Of a DNA stretch of 64,000 nt, positions 28,905 through 38,637 are shown piece after piece. The DNA comes from Thiotrichales bacterium (lineage in GTDB: Bacteria > Pseudomonadota > Gammaproteobacteria > Thiomicrospirales > Thiomicrospiraceae), in the NCBI GenBank assembly GCA_016936535.1, contig JAFGXP010000045.1, positions 425 to 64,424 on the forward strand. Direction: 5' to 3'. Below the pieces are notes generated by a model. That model searched no databases and was not told where the DNA came from. It worked only from the letters and a program-made list of their open reading frames with translations. The translations under genes were made by a program, and so were the position numbers. Within the stretch, counting starts at the first letter, position 1. Each line of letters begins with the position of its first letter.

Positions 28905-31100
28905 ATGACAACGAATTCAGAGGTGAAAGCTCCCGAAGCTGCCACCACGCCCTCTTCGGCCAAGGTTCAATCGGCCCATATCGAACTTAAAAGCCCACTG
29001 TTAGACAGCTTGGTTATTTACACCAAGCTAATTCGTACGCCCTATACCAAGGATGCCTTGATTTCTGGCCTTCCCATTAAAGATGAGAAAATCACGCCAG
29101 AACTCTTTCAGCGCGCGGCTGAGCGTGCCAACCTGAATGCCGCCTTTAAACAACGTAAATTACATGATATTTCCGATCTGGTTTTACCTTGTATTTTATT
29201 GCTCAATGACAAACAAGCCTGTGTTCTAGAGTCCATAGACAAAAGCAATGGAACCGCAGAAATCGTTTTGCCAGAAGCCGATCAAGGCAAAACACTAATT
29301 GATCTCAAAAAACTGGAGAATCAATACACCGGTTATGCCATCTACTTAACCAAAAAACATCACCTCGATAAAAAACAAGAAAACTTGCTTGGTTTTGAAG
29401 AAGGCCATTGGTTCTGGAGCACCCTCTGGAAATCGAAATCGATTTACCGCGATGTGCTGGTCGCGTCCTTATTGATTAACGTCTTTATTATCGCCACCCC
29501 ACTGTTTGTGATGAACGTCTATGATCGAATTGTGCCGAACAATGCGGTTGAATCACTATGGGTTTTAGCGATAGGTATTACGGTTATCTATGTTTTCGAC
29601 TTGATTCTGAAATATTTACGTGCTTACTTTTTAGAAGTCGCCGGCAAAAAAAGCGATGTTCTTATGTCCGCTAAAATGTTTGAGCAAACCCTCGGGCTGA
29701 CTATGCCAAATCGTGTCGGCTCAATTGGTGCGTTCGCCAACATTTTGCGTGAATTTGACAGCATCCGTAACTTCTTCACATCCGCCAGCGTGACCGCGAT
29801 TATCGATCTTCCTTTTGTACTGATTTTCCTTGTTGTTATTTATTACATTGCAGGTTGGATTGTCTTAGCGCCAATCGCCATTATCTTAATTATCATGACT
29901 TATAGCTTCTTTATGATGGGCCCGATTCAGCGCAGCATCGAAGCCACCTATGAGGCAAATAACGAGAAAAACGCGATCCTGATTGAAACCCTTACTGCCA
30001 TGGAAACGATTAAGTCCATGGGGGTTGAAGCTCGATCACAATGGCAATGGGAACAGGCTGTTGGCGAGATTGCCCGTGTCGGTTTAAAATCTAAAATGCT
30101 GCAAGCATCTATCGGCCGTGCCACTGAGTTTCTTTCGCAACTGAGCACCGTTGTCATTGTTATCGCCGGCGTGTATATGATTACAGATGGCAATCTAACC
30201 ATGGGGGGGCTGATTGCAGCCGTGATGCTGAGCCAGCGTGCAGTAGGGCCAATGGGCCAGTTTGCTAACCTTGCAACCTCTTACCAACAAACTCGCACGG
30301 CACTTAACTCACTCAATGCGCTAATGGAAAAAGAAGTCGAACGGCCGCGTAATAAACGATTTATTCAACACGTCAAATTTGACGGTAAAATCGAGTTTAA
30401 TAACGTCAGCTTTACCTATCCTGGAGACAGTCGCCCAGCTTTAAGCAACGTTAGCTTTACCATCGAACCCGGAGAACGCGTCGGGGTGATTGGCCGTATT
30501 GGCTCGGGCAAATCCACCATTCAAAAACTGATTTTAGGTTTCTACAAGCCGACCGAAGGTAGCATTTTGATTGATGGGATTGACATTACCCAACTCGATC
30601 CAGCGGAGTTACGTCGCAACATCAATTATGTACAGCAAGACGTTACGCTCTTCAGTGGAGATGTTCGCGACAACATCGCTTACCGTGCGCCTTTTATTGA
30701 AGACAGTAAGATTTTAGAAGCCGCTCGCATTGCGGGTGTCGATGACTTTATTAAACGTCATCCAGCAGGCTACAGTATGAAAATTACCGAAGGCGGCAAA
30801 TCTCTCTCTGGCGGTCAACGTCAAAGCATTGGCGTCGCTCGCGCACTCTTAGTCGATGCCCCTATTTACCTTCTCGATGAGCCAACCAATGCGATGGATG
30901 CTAAATCTGAGCAAACTTTAATTGAACGCTTAAAAGAAAATCTGTCACACAACACGATGATGGTGGTGACCCATAAAATGAGTATTTTGCAGCTAACCGA
31001 CCGTCTAATGGTCATGGAAAACAGCAAGTTGGTCGCCGACGGTCCAAAAGCAACCGTTTTGGAAGCCCTTAAAGCTGGCAAAATTCAGAAGAGTAATTGA
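28905..31100 (+). CDS. type I secretion system ABC transporter (permease/ATPase) with an N-terminal C39-like domain (LssB/LapB/HlyB type)
   Basis: Walker A GRIGSGKST, signature LSGGQRQ and Walker B IYLLDEPT. The N-terminal domain of about 150 aa aligns with C39-like domains but has LLDSLVIY where the catalytic Cys block would sit. Confidence 0.9.
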   Translation: MTTNSEVKAPEAATTPSSAKVQSAHIELKSPLLDSLVIYTKLIRTPYTKDALISGLPIKDEKITPELFQRAAERANLNAAFKQRKLHDISDLVLPCILLLNDKQACVLESIDKSNGTAEIVLPEADQGKTLIDLKKLENQYTGYAIYLTKKHHLDKKQENLLGFEEGHWFWSTLWKSKSIYRDVLVASLLINVFIIATPLFVMNVYDRIVPNNAVESLWVLAIGITVIYVFDLILKYLRAYFLEVAGKKSDVLMSAKMFEQTLGLTMPNRVGSIGAFANILREFDSIRNFFTSASVTAIIDLPFVLIFLVVIYYIAGWIVLAPIAIILIIMTYSFFMMGPIQRSIEATYEANNEKNAILIETLTAMETIKSMGVEARSQWQWEQAVGEIARVGLKSKMLQASIGRATEFLSQLSTVVIVIAGVYMITDGNLTMGGLIAAVMLSQRAVGPMGQFANLATSYQQTRTALNSLNALMEKEVERPRNKRFIQHVKFDGKIEFNNVSFTYPGDSRPALSNVSFTIEPGERVGVIGRIGSGKSTIQKLILGFYKPTEGSILIDGIDITQLDPAELRRNINYVQQDVTLFSGDVRDNIAYRAPFIEDSKILEAARIAGVDDFIKRHPAGYSMKITEGGKSLSGGQRQSIGVARALLVDAPIYLLDEPTNAMDAKSEQTLIERLKENLSHNTMMVVTHKMSILQLTDRLMVMENSKLVADGPKATVLEALKAGKIQKSN

Positions 31101-31103
31101 AAA

Positions 31104-32486
31104 ATGAAACTACGTGAAAAAGTCGAATTGTTAAAGAATCGCTTCCGCCAAAAAAACAGTCACGAGGCCATTCTTGAGCAAGACATCGAATTTATGTCAA
31201 GCCTTAGCCAAGCAAGTCTTGAAAAGCCGACTGTTCGCTCGCAACTTGTCGTTTGGATTTTACTGCTTGTCGTCATTTGGGCGATTGTCTGGGCAAATTA
31301 TGCCGAACTAGACAAAATCGTCCGTGGTGATGGCAAGGTTGTACCCTCGACCCAGATTCAGGTGATTCAAAACCTCGAAGGGGGAATTGTTGAATCTCTT
31401 TTTGTTAAAGCCGGCGACCAAGTCAAGATCGGTCAAACACTGCTCAAGCTTGACAACACCCAATTTGCAAGCTCCTTTAGTGAAAGTGAAGTCCGTCAAT
31501 CGCAGTTAATTGCCGCGGCTCAACGCCTTGCTGCCGAAGCCAATGATAAGATTTTGGCTCCGCCTCCCAATTTTGACAACAGCAAAGTTCAAGAACTCTA
31601 TCAGCGTGAATATGAGTTATTTTTATCACGCCAAAAACAACAAAAAAGTAGTGACAACATCTTAGTTGAACAAATTGAACAAAAAAAACTGGAACTACGC
31701 GGAGCGATGGTCCAGCAAGACCAACTCAAACGCTCTCTGGAATTGATCACCAAGGAAGTCACCTTAATGCGTCCCCTCGTCAATCAGGGTATCGCCTCTG
31801 AAGTTGATTTACTACGCCTACAACGAGATCAGAATGAAGTCCTGTCCAAACTCAAAGAAGTGCAAAACTCAATTCCGCAAATCCAGTCGGTCATTACCGA
31901 ATACCGCGCCAAACGCATCGAGTCAAAAGAAGACTTCATGAATAAGGCACAGAAAGAACTCAATGATGTTCTTGCTGAAAAAGCCAAATTAGAAGAATCG
32001 AAAATTGCACTGGCTGATCGGGTTCGACGCACGGATGTTCAATCGCCAGTCAATGGCACCATTAAACAAGTATTCGTCAATACCATCGGCGGTGTTGTGC
32101 AGCCGGGCAGTGATATCGTAGAAATTGTTCCAGACGATGACACTCTGGTACTGGAAACAAAAATTCCGCCAGCAGACATTGGCTTTTTGTATCCTGGCTT
32201 GCTTGCAAAAGTGAAATTCACTGCTTACGATTTTGCGATCTATGGTGGTCTAGACGCTAAGGTGATTAGCCTTTCTGCCGATACCATTACCGATGAAGAA
32301 GGCAATAGCTTCTATCTTGCTAAAATTGAAACTGTGCGCAATCACCTTGGCACAACACAAGATCCACTCTATCTTTTACCGGGCATGACCGCCAATGTCG
32401 ATATTATTGTTGGTAAACATTCCGTAATGGATTACATTCTGAAGCCGATTATCAAAGCCAAAGACCTTGCTTTGCGTGAGTCTTAA
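31104..32486 (+). CDS. type I secretion membrane fusion protein (HlyD family)
   Basis: Starts 3 nt after the ABC gene. It has an N-terminal TM segment (LVVWILLLVVIWAIVWA), a long coiled-coil middle and a C-terminal beta domain. Confidence 0.9.
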   Translation: MKLREKVELLKNRFRQKNSHEAILEQDIEFMSSLSQASLEKPTVRSQLVVWILLLVVIWAIVWANYAELDKIVRGDGKVVPSTQIQVIQNLEGGIVESLFVKAGDQVKIGQTLLKLDNTQFASSFSESEVRQSQLIAAAQRLAAEANDKILAPPPNFDNSKVQELYQREYELFLSRQKQQKSSDNILVEQIEQKKLELRGAMVQQDQLKRSLELITKEVTLMRPLVNQGIASEVDLLRLQRDQNEVLSKLKEVQNSIPQIQSVITEYRAKRIESKEDFMNKAQKELNDVLAEKAKLEESKIALADRVRRTDVQSPVNGTIKQVFVNTIGGVVQPGSDIVEIVPDDDTLVLETKIPPADIGFLYPGLLAKVKFTAYDFAIYGGLDAKVISLSADTITDEEGNSFYLAKIETVRNHLGTTQDPLYLLPGMTANVDIIVGKHSVMDYILKPIIKAKDLALRES

Positions 32487-32598
32487 ACAAAAATAACGCT
32501 CAAAGATAGACACACAAAAGAAATACGTGAAAATACACATATTAATAAATTCAATTAGTACTGATAATATGAAAACGTTAACATCATTAAACTGAATG

Positions 32599-32626
32599 CT
32601 GTCAATTTCATTGCATATGGTACAAT
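32599..32626 (+). promoter_or_regulatory. candidate sigma70 promoter for the LuxR-type gene
   Basis: -35-like ctgtca (32599-32604), a 16-nt spacer, then extended -10 tggtacaat (32618-32626). It lies inside a 183-bp very AT-rich spacer. Confidence 0.35.
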
Positions 32627-32669
32627 TTTACATATAAAATATTGATAATAATAAATGATTACCCATTAG

Positions 32670-33266
32670 ATGAAACCATTGCTGCTCTACATTAAGGATC
32701 AAAACGCTCTACAAAACTGGGTCAGTGTTTGCTCAGGTGGTTGTATTGTGCTAAGCCATCTGAGTGAACTGACTGACTTTCCGCCATTGGATCAGCTTGT
32801 TTTCATTCAAATAACTGAGCAATGCAGCGTTGATTCATTAATACAACTAGCAAGAGATGGATATGGTGTGATTGCCTTAAGCAATACGCCAAACGATCCC
32901 GAAGGGATTAGGCTGTTTCAGAATGGTGTTAGGGGTTATGCCAATACCTTCTCGGCTAAACAGCGCATTGAGCAGATTGTGGCCACCGTTAAATCAGACA
33001 GCGTTTGGCTTGGCCCCTCGATTATGCAGGCCATTTTTCAATCGCTTCTGAAGGGTCAAACCCCAAAAGATTATTGGAAGCAGTCTCTTACGGAACGCGA
33101 AATTGAAGTCACCGAACGGGTACTTCAAAGCAAAAGCAACCGAGAGATTGCCGCCGAACTTGGTATTACAGAAAGAACCGTTAAAGCACATTTACGAAAC
33201 GTTTTTGAAAAACTGGAAGTCACGGATCGACTCTCCCTCGTTTTAAAAATCAAAAATTGGTCGTAA
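32670..33266 (+). CDS. LuxR/FixJ-type HTH regulator with a pseudo-receiver N-domain (VpsT/CsgD-like architecture)
   Basis: C-terminal LuxR HTH LTEREIEVTERVLQSKSNREIAAELGITERTVKAHLRNVFEKL. The N-terminal receiver-like fold has Gln (LVFIQI) where the phospho-acceptor Asp is expected. No SD precedes the ATG. Confidence 0.8.
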   Translation: MKPLLLYIKDQNALQNWVSVCSGGCIVLSHLSELTDFPPLDQLVFIQITEQCSVDSLIQLARDGYGVIALSNTPNDPEGIRLFQNGVRGYANTFSAKQRIEQIVATVKSDSVWLGPSIMQAIFQSLLKGQTPKDYWKQSLTEREIEVTERVLQSKSNREIAAELGITERTVKAHLRNVFEKLEVTDRLSLVLKIKNWS

Positions 33267-33307
33267 ATTATATTGATTCAGATTTTGGACAAACAGAGAC
33301 CACCACT

Positions 33308-34627
33308 ATGAAAAAACGTTTTCCTAAACTTATTTTGGCGCTAAGTAGCGCACTAGCCCTAAACAGCTACAGCCAAAGCGTGCAAGCGATTGAATTGATT
33401 CCTACTGTAGAGGATGCAATTTTACACAGCCCTGAGTTCCGTCAAATTGTGAAAGAAAAGCAAGGGGTTCAAGCGGATCTTCGCGGCGCTGAAGGTGGGT
33501 GGCTACCCTCGATTGACCTTGGAGCCGGTATTGGCACGGAAACCATTAAGACTGATACAGGTGAAACCGATTTTGATCGCCAAGAAGCCTCTATTCGAAT
33601 TACGCAAAATTTGTTTGAGGGTTTCGGAACTGAAAACGAAATCAAGCGTCAGGAAGCTCGCCTAGAGTCAACAAAGTTTACAACCATGGCGGCAGCAAAT
33701 AAAGTTGCGTTGGACATGGTTACTGCTTACATGAATTTGCTGAAAGAACAGCAATTGCTTAACTTGGCAGAAGAGAACAAGCTGACCTTGGAGCGTATTC
33801 TTGACCAAATTATTCAGCGTAGCCAAGCAGGTGTCGGCAACCAAGTTGAAGTCGATCAAGCTAAAGCACGTTTAGCTTTAGCAAATGCGAATGTCACGGC
33901 AGCAAAAAACAACTACCAAGATGTACTCACTCGTTTTCACCGTGTATTGGGCCGATTCCCTGATAGCGACCTAATCAAGCCAAGCACGGATTTCGCGATT
34001 CCTAATACGCTAGAAGAAGCGGTAAACACAGCTCTCATGCAGCATCCTACTTTGCGTTCAGCGAATGCCGATATCACAGAAGCGCGTGCACAACATGCCG
34101 CAGCAAACAAACTGCTTTACCCACGCGTGGACGTCGAAGTAATCAAAACCTATGACGAAGATGTCAACGGCATTAAAGGTAAATACGAAGATTTCCAAGC
34201 AATGCTTCGTTTACGCTACAACCTGTTTAATGGTGGTAAAGACATGGCTTTGATTGATCGTGCCGCAGCTGACATTTACCAATCTGCTGAAGTTCGTAAT
34301 AACACGCGCCGTGAAACCATTGAAAATCTTCGTTATTCATGGGAAGCCACAAATTTCTTGGGCGAACAGTTGATTTTCCAACAGCAACAAATCGATTCGA
34401 CCTTAGAAACACTAAAAGGTTACCGCCAGCAGTTCAGCTTGGGCCGTCGTTCATTGTTAGATCTATTAAACACCGAAGACGAATACACTCGTGCACGTAT
34501 TGCATTTGTTACCAGCGAATCAAACTATATGATTGCGAAGTACCGCGTATTAAATGGTATGGGAACATTGGTTGATTCACTAGGAATTCAAATCAACTAC
34601 GACACTACCGTTGACGAAAAGAAATAA
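33308..34627 (+). CDS. TolC-family type I secretion outer membrane protein
   Basis: Signal peptide MKKRFPKLILALSSALALNSYSQSVQA, with two OEP-like repeat halves and long helical segments. Start is at ATG 33308. Confidence 0.88.
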   Translation: MKKRFPKLILALSSALALNSYSQSVQAIELIPTVEDAILHSPEFRQIVKEKQGVQADLRGAEGGWLPSIDLGAGIGTETIKTDTGETDFDRQEASIRITQNLFEGFGTENEIKRQEARLESTKFTTMAAANKVALDMVTAYMNLLKEQQLLNLAEENKLTLERILDQIIQRSQAGVGNQVEVDQAKARLALANANVTAAKNNYQDVLTRFHRVLGRFPDSDLIKPSTDFAIPNTLEEAVNTALMQHPTLRSANADITEARAQHAAANKLLYPRVDVEVIKTYDEDVNGIKGKYEDFQAMLRLRYNLFNGGKDMALIDRAAADIYQSAEVRNNTRRETIENLRYSWEATNFLGEQLIFQQQQIDSTLETLKGYRQQFSLGRRSLLDLLNTEDEYTRARIAFVTSESNYMIAKYRVLNGMGTLVDSLGIQINYDTTVDEKK

Positions 34628-34653
34628 GTTTTTCTAAACGCGTAGCTTAGACA

Positions 34654-34684
34654 CAAAGCCCTCGAAAGAGGGCTTTGGCGTTTT
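34654..34684 (+). terminator. intrinsic terminator after the TolC-family gene
   Basis: caaagccctc-gaaa-gagggctttg followed by gcgtttt. Confidence 0.8.
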
Positions 34685-34817
34685 AGAACCATTTTTTCAC
34701 TATCATTAAATTTTGAAAGAGCCGCTACAATAACTTAAAAAACATTTTAAAAATGTTTGGCATGCTGTCTTCTCGGATGGCAAAAAAACAAAAACAATAA
34801 GTGATTCAAGTCTCACC

Positions 34818-35513
34818 TTAACTGACGCTCACAGCCATGGCCAAATAAATCTGCCAAACGCCCATTGCGATAACCGACAGTCCTGCTATGCCTCGAACCC
34901 AAGGTTTACGCGCCAAACGAGAGAAATAAAAAGCAAATACGCCAATTAACAGTAAGTTTGGCAGAGTACCTAAACCAAATGCCAACAACACCAAAGCACC
35001 CTCAAGCGCACCGCCAGAACTTAACGCAAGAATCAGCATGCTATAAACCAATCCACAAGGAAGCCAACCCCAGAGCAGACCATATAAAGCAGCTTGACGC
35101 ACATTCTTAACACAACGCATCCGTTGTGCATAAGGCGCTAATCTTTGCCAAAGCCCTTGGCCCCAAATTTCAACATAGGCCAAACCACGCCACCAACCGG
35201 CCAAATAGAGGCCAAGTACAATCATGAAGAAGCCGGCAAAAACCTGCAAAAACTGCTGAAATGGCAGCAAACTGGCCAATGAGCTCAATAAAGCCCCTAA
35301 GGCCCCAAAAAGCCCACCCAGTAAAAGGTAGCTGAATATTCGTCCAAAATTGTATGCAATTTGAAACGGTAGCATCCGCCACCAACTGGCTTGATTTTTT
35401 ACTTCTAAACTAAAGGTTAGAGCGCCAACCACGCCGCCACACATTCCTAAACAATGCACACCACCGAGTAAACCGGCTAACAACGCAGCGATTAAAATTC
35501 CAGAAAATTCCAT
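34818..35513 (-). CDS. integral membrane protein, DsbD_2/TauE-like, with an HCxxMCGG motif
   Basis: Six or more hydrophobic segments and GGVHCLGMCGG near the N-terminus. Start is set at ATG 35513; the track start at 35525 is a TTG. Confidence 0.7.
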   Translation of the reverse strand: MEFSGILIAALLAGLLGGVHCLGMCGGVVGALTFSLEVKNQASWWRMLPFQIAYNFGRIFSYLLLGGLFGALGALLSSLASLLPFQQFLQVFAGFFMIVLGLYLAGWWRGLAYVEIWGQGLWQRLAPYAQRMRCVKNVRQAALYGLLWGWLPCGLVYSMLILALSSGGALEGALVLLAFGLGTLPNLLLIGVFAFYFSRLARKPWVRGIAGLSVIAMGVWQIYLAMAVSVS

Positions 35514-35571
35514 CAGAAACGACAATTACAAAATAAAAGAAAAGAAAAAAAGCAAGAAACGCTCTGAACCA

Positions 35572-37101
35572 TCAAAATAATTCAGCCAACTTACTCGAAA
35601 GGCGATAGCTTAATGCCTCAGCCAAATGCACCGATTCAACCCGTCGAGCTTGCTGCATATCGGCAATCGTTAAAGCCAAACGTAAAATCCGGTAATAACT
35701 GCGCGCAGATAAACCAAAACGCTGCAGTGACTGGTTCACCAACTGTTCACTGGCCGCATCAATAGATACTAAACTCGCCAGTTGTCGATTGGTTAAAACC
35801 GAATTTAGGACACCTTGGCGCTCCAGCTGCAACTGCTGTACCTGTTCAACCCGTTTTCGGACTTGAGCACTGGTTTCTCCATCCAACTTTGCAGCTTGAA
35901 GGGCGCGGATTTCAACCGCAGGTACCTCCAAGTGACAATCGATTCGATCTAACAACGGGCCAGATAGTTTTTTAAGATACCGCGAAATCTGAGTAGGCGT
36001 GTCTTTGCAGCGTCCTAAAGGATCATCCGGAAAATATCCACTGGGGGAAGGATTGCAGGCTGCAATCAATTGTACCTGCGCTGGGTAAGAAACCTGCTGC
36101 TGAACGCGAGCAATTTCAACGCGCCCACTTTCTAGAGGCTCACGCAAAGACTCCAACACATCACGGTTAAATTCCGGCAATTCATCAAGGAACAAGACTC
36201 CGTGATTCGCAAGAGATAATGCGCCTGGTTTTGGAATCTTACCCCCTCCAATCACAGCAGCCGCTGAAGCGGAATGATGAGGATTAACAAAAGGGCGCTG
36301 ATAGAAAGTGGAGAAATCAAGATCTTGTCCCGCTAAAGAGCGCAAGGAAGCGTTCTCTAAAGCCTGCTGCTGACTTAAGGGCGGCAACAAGGTCACTAAA
36401 CGAGAAGCGAGCATACTCTTACCGGCCCCCGGCTCGCCAACCATCAATAAAGAATGTCCCCCACTGGCACAAATTTCCAACACTCTTTTCGCTTGTGCTT
36501 GGCCATGAATATCAGACAAACACAGCGAATAACTCGGTGGCAATACCTCAAGAGCAGGTATCTGAGGAAGGTTTTGCGGAGGCTGTTCTAAAAGATAAGC
36601 ACACACTTGGCGAAGATTTTCTGCCAAGGCTAAAGGCTGCGCGCTCTGGGTTTGCTGGTAGAGCTGCATTTCAGCAAAGTTTCCCCAAGGAATAAAAGCG
36701 TGAATGCCTGGAGGAAGCTGCAATAAGCTGGGTAAAAGACCAGCCACTGGGCGCAGTTCTCCCGTCAATGCCAGTTCACCATAAAATTCCAATTCACCTT
36801 GCAACTGACAAGGCATTTGATTGGTGGCAAGCAAGATTCCCATTGCAATCGCCAAATCATAGCGCCCACCGGTTTTTGGTAAATCGGCTGGCGCCAAATT
36901 GACAGTAATTCGTTTAGCAGGCATGCTAAAACCCGAATTCAACAGCGCACTGCGAACCCTTTCGCGACTCTCTTTTACCGAAGCCTCTGGCAAACCGACA
37001 ATCGCCAAGCTGGGCAAACCGGAACTGACATGAACCTCAATCACCACACGTGGCGAATCCATGCCTAAAATCGCGCGACTGTAAACCCGAGCGATGCCCA
37101 T
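35572..37101 (-). CDS. comM: Mg-chelatase-like AAA+ protein YifB/ComM
   Basis: Lon-protease-like N-domain, Walker A GEPGAGKS, Walker B LFLDELPEF and a C-terminal ChlI-like region. 509 aa. Confidence 0.92.
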   Translation of the reverse strand: MGIARVYSRAILGMDSPRVVIEVHVSSGLPSLAIVGLPEASVKESRERVRSALLNSGFSMPAKRITVNLAPADLPKTGGRYDLAIAMGILLATNQMPCQLQGELEFYGELALTGELRPVAGLLPSLLQLPPGIHAFIPWGNFAEMQLYQQTQSAQPLALAENLRQVCAYLLEQPPQNLPQIPALEVLPPSYSLCLSDIHGQAQAKRVLEICASGGHSLLMVGEPGAGKSMLASRLVTLLPPLSQQQALENASLRSLAGQDLDFSTFYQRPFVNPHHSASAAAVIGGGKIPKPGALSLANHGVLFLDELPEFNRDVLESLREPLESGRVEIARVQQQVSYPAQVQLIAACNPSPSGYFPDDPLGRCKDTPTQISRYLKKLSGPLLDRIDCHLEVPAVEIRALQAAKLDGETSAQVRKRVEQVQQLQLERQGVLNSVLTNRQLASLVSIDAASEQLVNQSLQRFGLSARSYYRILRLALTIADMQQARRVESVHLAEALSYRLSSKLAELF

Positions 37102-37110
37102 ATGGAAAAC

Positions 37111-37386
37111 CTATTCGCCCTTTTCAGTGCCGATTGAGGCTGGATCTGCCTCCTGCTCGAGCTGTGCTAAGCGCTGTTCCAGCATTTCAAGCTTAGCACG
37201 CGTTTTGGCTAAAACCGCTTTCTGCGTATCAAACTCTTCTCGTGACACGAGATCCATTTTCTCAAACCACCGCTGCAAATTCAGTTGCAGCTGGTGTTTT
37301 GCACTCTCTGGTAGCTCGCCCAAACCGGGGGGAATGGCATCCGTCACTTTTTTGACAAACTCTTCTAAATGCACTGGATTAAACAT
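37111..37386 (-). CDS. ubiK: ubiquinone biosynthesis accessory factor UbiK (YqiC/BMFP family)
   Basis: [34 protein letters not shown] aligns with E. coli UbiK ([34 protein letters not shown]). Start is at ATG 37386. Confidence 0.85.
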   Translation of the reverse strand: [91 protein letters not shown]

Positions 37387-37591
37387 ACTTTCTCCAATTG
37401 GTTTCCTAAACGCAATCACTATAACCACTCACCCCAAAATTAGCCATAGTTGAATCACGCCAAGTCGAATGCTTTGCCGTTGGTTGTTCGCCGAGCAGCC
37501 ATAGAATCGATTAAGATAATCGAGCGACTGCCGATAGCATCTTAAAGAGAGCAAAGGTCGCACACTGCGCAATGAAAGGAAGAAGTCTCCC

Positions 37592-38623
37592 ATGTATCGC
37601 ATCCAAGACAGCCCAGAAACGGCGTGGCGGTTATTCCAATTTATTAAAACCGCATTTGAAGAATCGAACATTAATCCGATTCCACTCAACTACTATCTTT
37701 GGTATCAATATTATAAAGGTGACAATCCACGCTTTCGTCAAGAGATGGATGAGCTTCTCAAAGATGAGATGGGGTATAACGACCGAGTGGGTCGTCGCCT
37801 GTATAACGACTATTTTGCCGTTGATTCGACCAGTTCAGAGTTTGATAAGGCGCTACGACGTTTAATCAATTTAATGGTCAAAAAATTGCACAGTTGGAAT
37901 GAAAAGCTGGACTCGCACACCCAAGAACTTGAGGTCTCGGCCCAAGCCCTTAAGGTAAAAGACCTCGACATAACCGAAGTTCAAAAAATCACACACAGTG
38001 TCTTGCATACGGCCAACTCAATGCAAGAGACCAATCGCGAGTTTCAGCAGCAAATGCTGGAAAACACCCAAGAGATTCAAAAACTGCGTCAACAGCTGTT
38101 AGCCGTACAAACCCAAGTGTTAAAGGACGAGTTAACCGAAGTGGGCAATCGCAAGGCTTATAACCTTGCATTAGAGAAGCTACTGATGGATGCGCTTGAA
38201 GACGGTTTCTCTGCCTGTTTGATCGTGACCGATATTGACCATTTCAAACAGTTTAATGACGCCTATGGTCATTTGATTGGTGATAGCGTGCTGCGTTATT
38301 TCGCAAAGCTTATCAAACGCAGTCAAAGCGATAACGAAGAAATCTTTCGTTACGGTGGAGAGGAGTTTGTGATTGTCTTAAAACACTTCACGCTTGAGGA
38401 GGCGGTAAAACGTGCCGAAGACATTCGGCAAAAACTCTCAGAAACCCATCTTAAGCTCAAAAACTCTGACCAAGAAATCCGTGCAATTACTGCTTCGTTT
38501 GGGGTGGCCGAATTAAGAGAAAAAGTCGATGATGCAGAGAGTCTGTTTTATCGCGCGGATCGTGCACTCTACAAAGCCAAACACCAAGGGCGTAATCGTG
38601 TCATCTCTGAAGATCAGCTTTGA
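37592..38623 (+). CDS. diguanylate cyclase (GGDEF) with an N-terminal domain I could not place
   Basis: Active-site RYGGEEF and DIDHFKQFNDAYGH are present. SD aaggaagaag. There is no canonical RxxD I-site five residues upstream of GGEEF (the sequence reads RSQSDNEEIF). Confidence 0.9.
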   Translation: MYRIQDSPETAWRLFQFIKTAFEESNINPIPLNYYLWYQYYKGDNPRFRQEMDELLKDEMGYNDRVGRRLYNDYFAVDSTSSEFDKALRRLINLMVKKLHSWNEKLDSHTQELEVSAQALKVKDLDITEVQKITHSVLHTANSMQETNREFQQQMLENTQEIQKLRQQLLAVQTQVLKDELTEVGNRKAYNLALEKLLMDALEDGFSACLIVTDIDHFKQFNDAYGHLIGDSVLRYFAKLIKRSQSDNEEIFRYGGEEFVIVLKHFTLEEAVKRAEDIRQKLSETHLKLKNSDQEIRAITASFGVAELREKVDDAESLFYRADRALYKAKHQGRNRVISEDQL

Positions 38624-38637
38624 ACAAAGTGAATGCG

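Noticed and set aside
28795-28908. 37-codon upstream ORF (MAPLCFTRFGLIRVRFAAKGLLILAATFRFLYKDGIS) whose TGA overlaps the ATG of the T1SS ABC gene
   Set aside because: It has no SD. An open frame of this length is expected by chance fairly often at this composition, and there is no GG-leader or recognisable peptide motif. It would only be worth revisiting if ribosome profiling showed occupancy.
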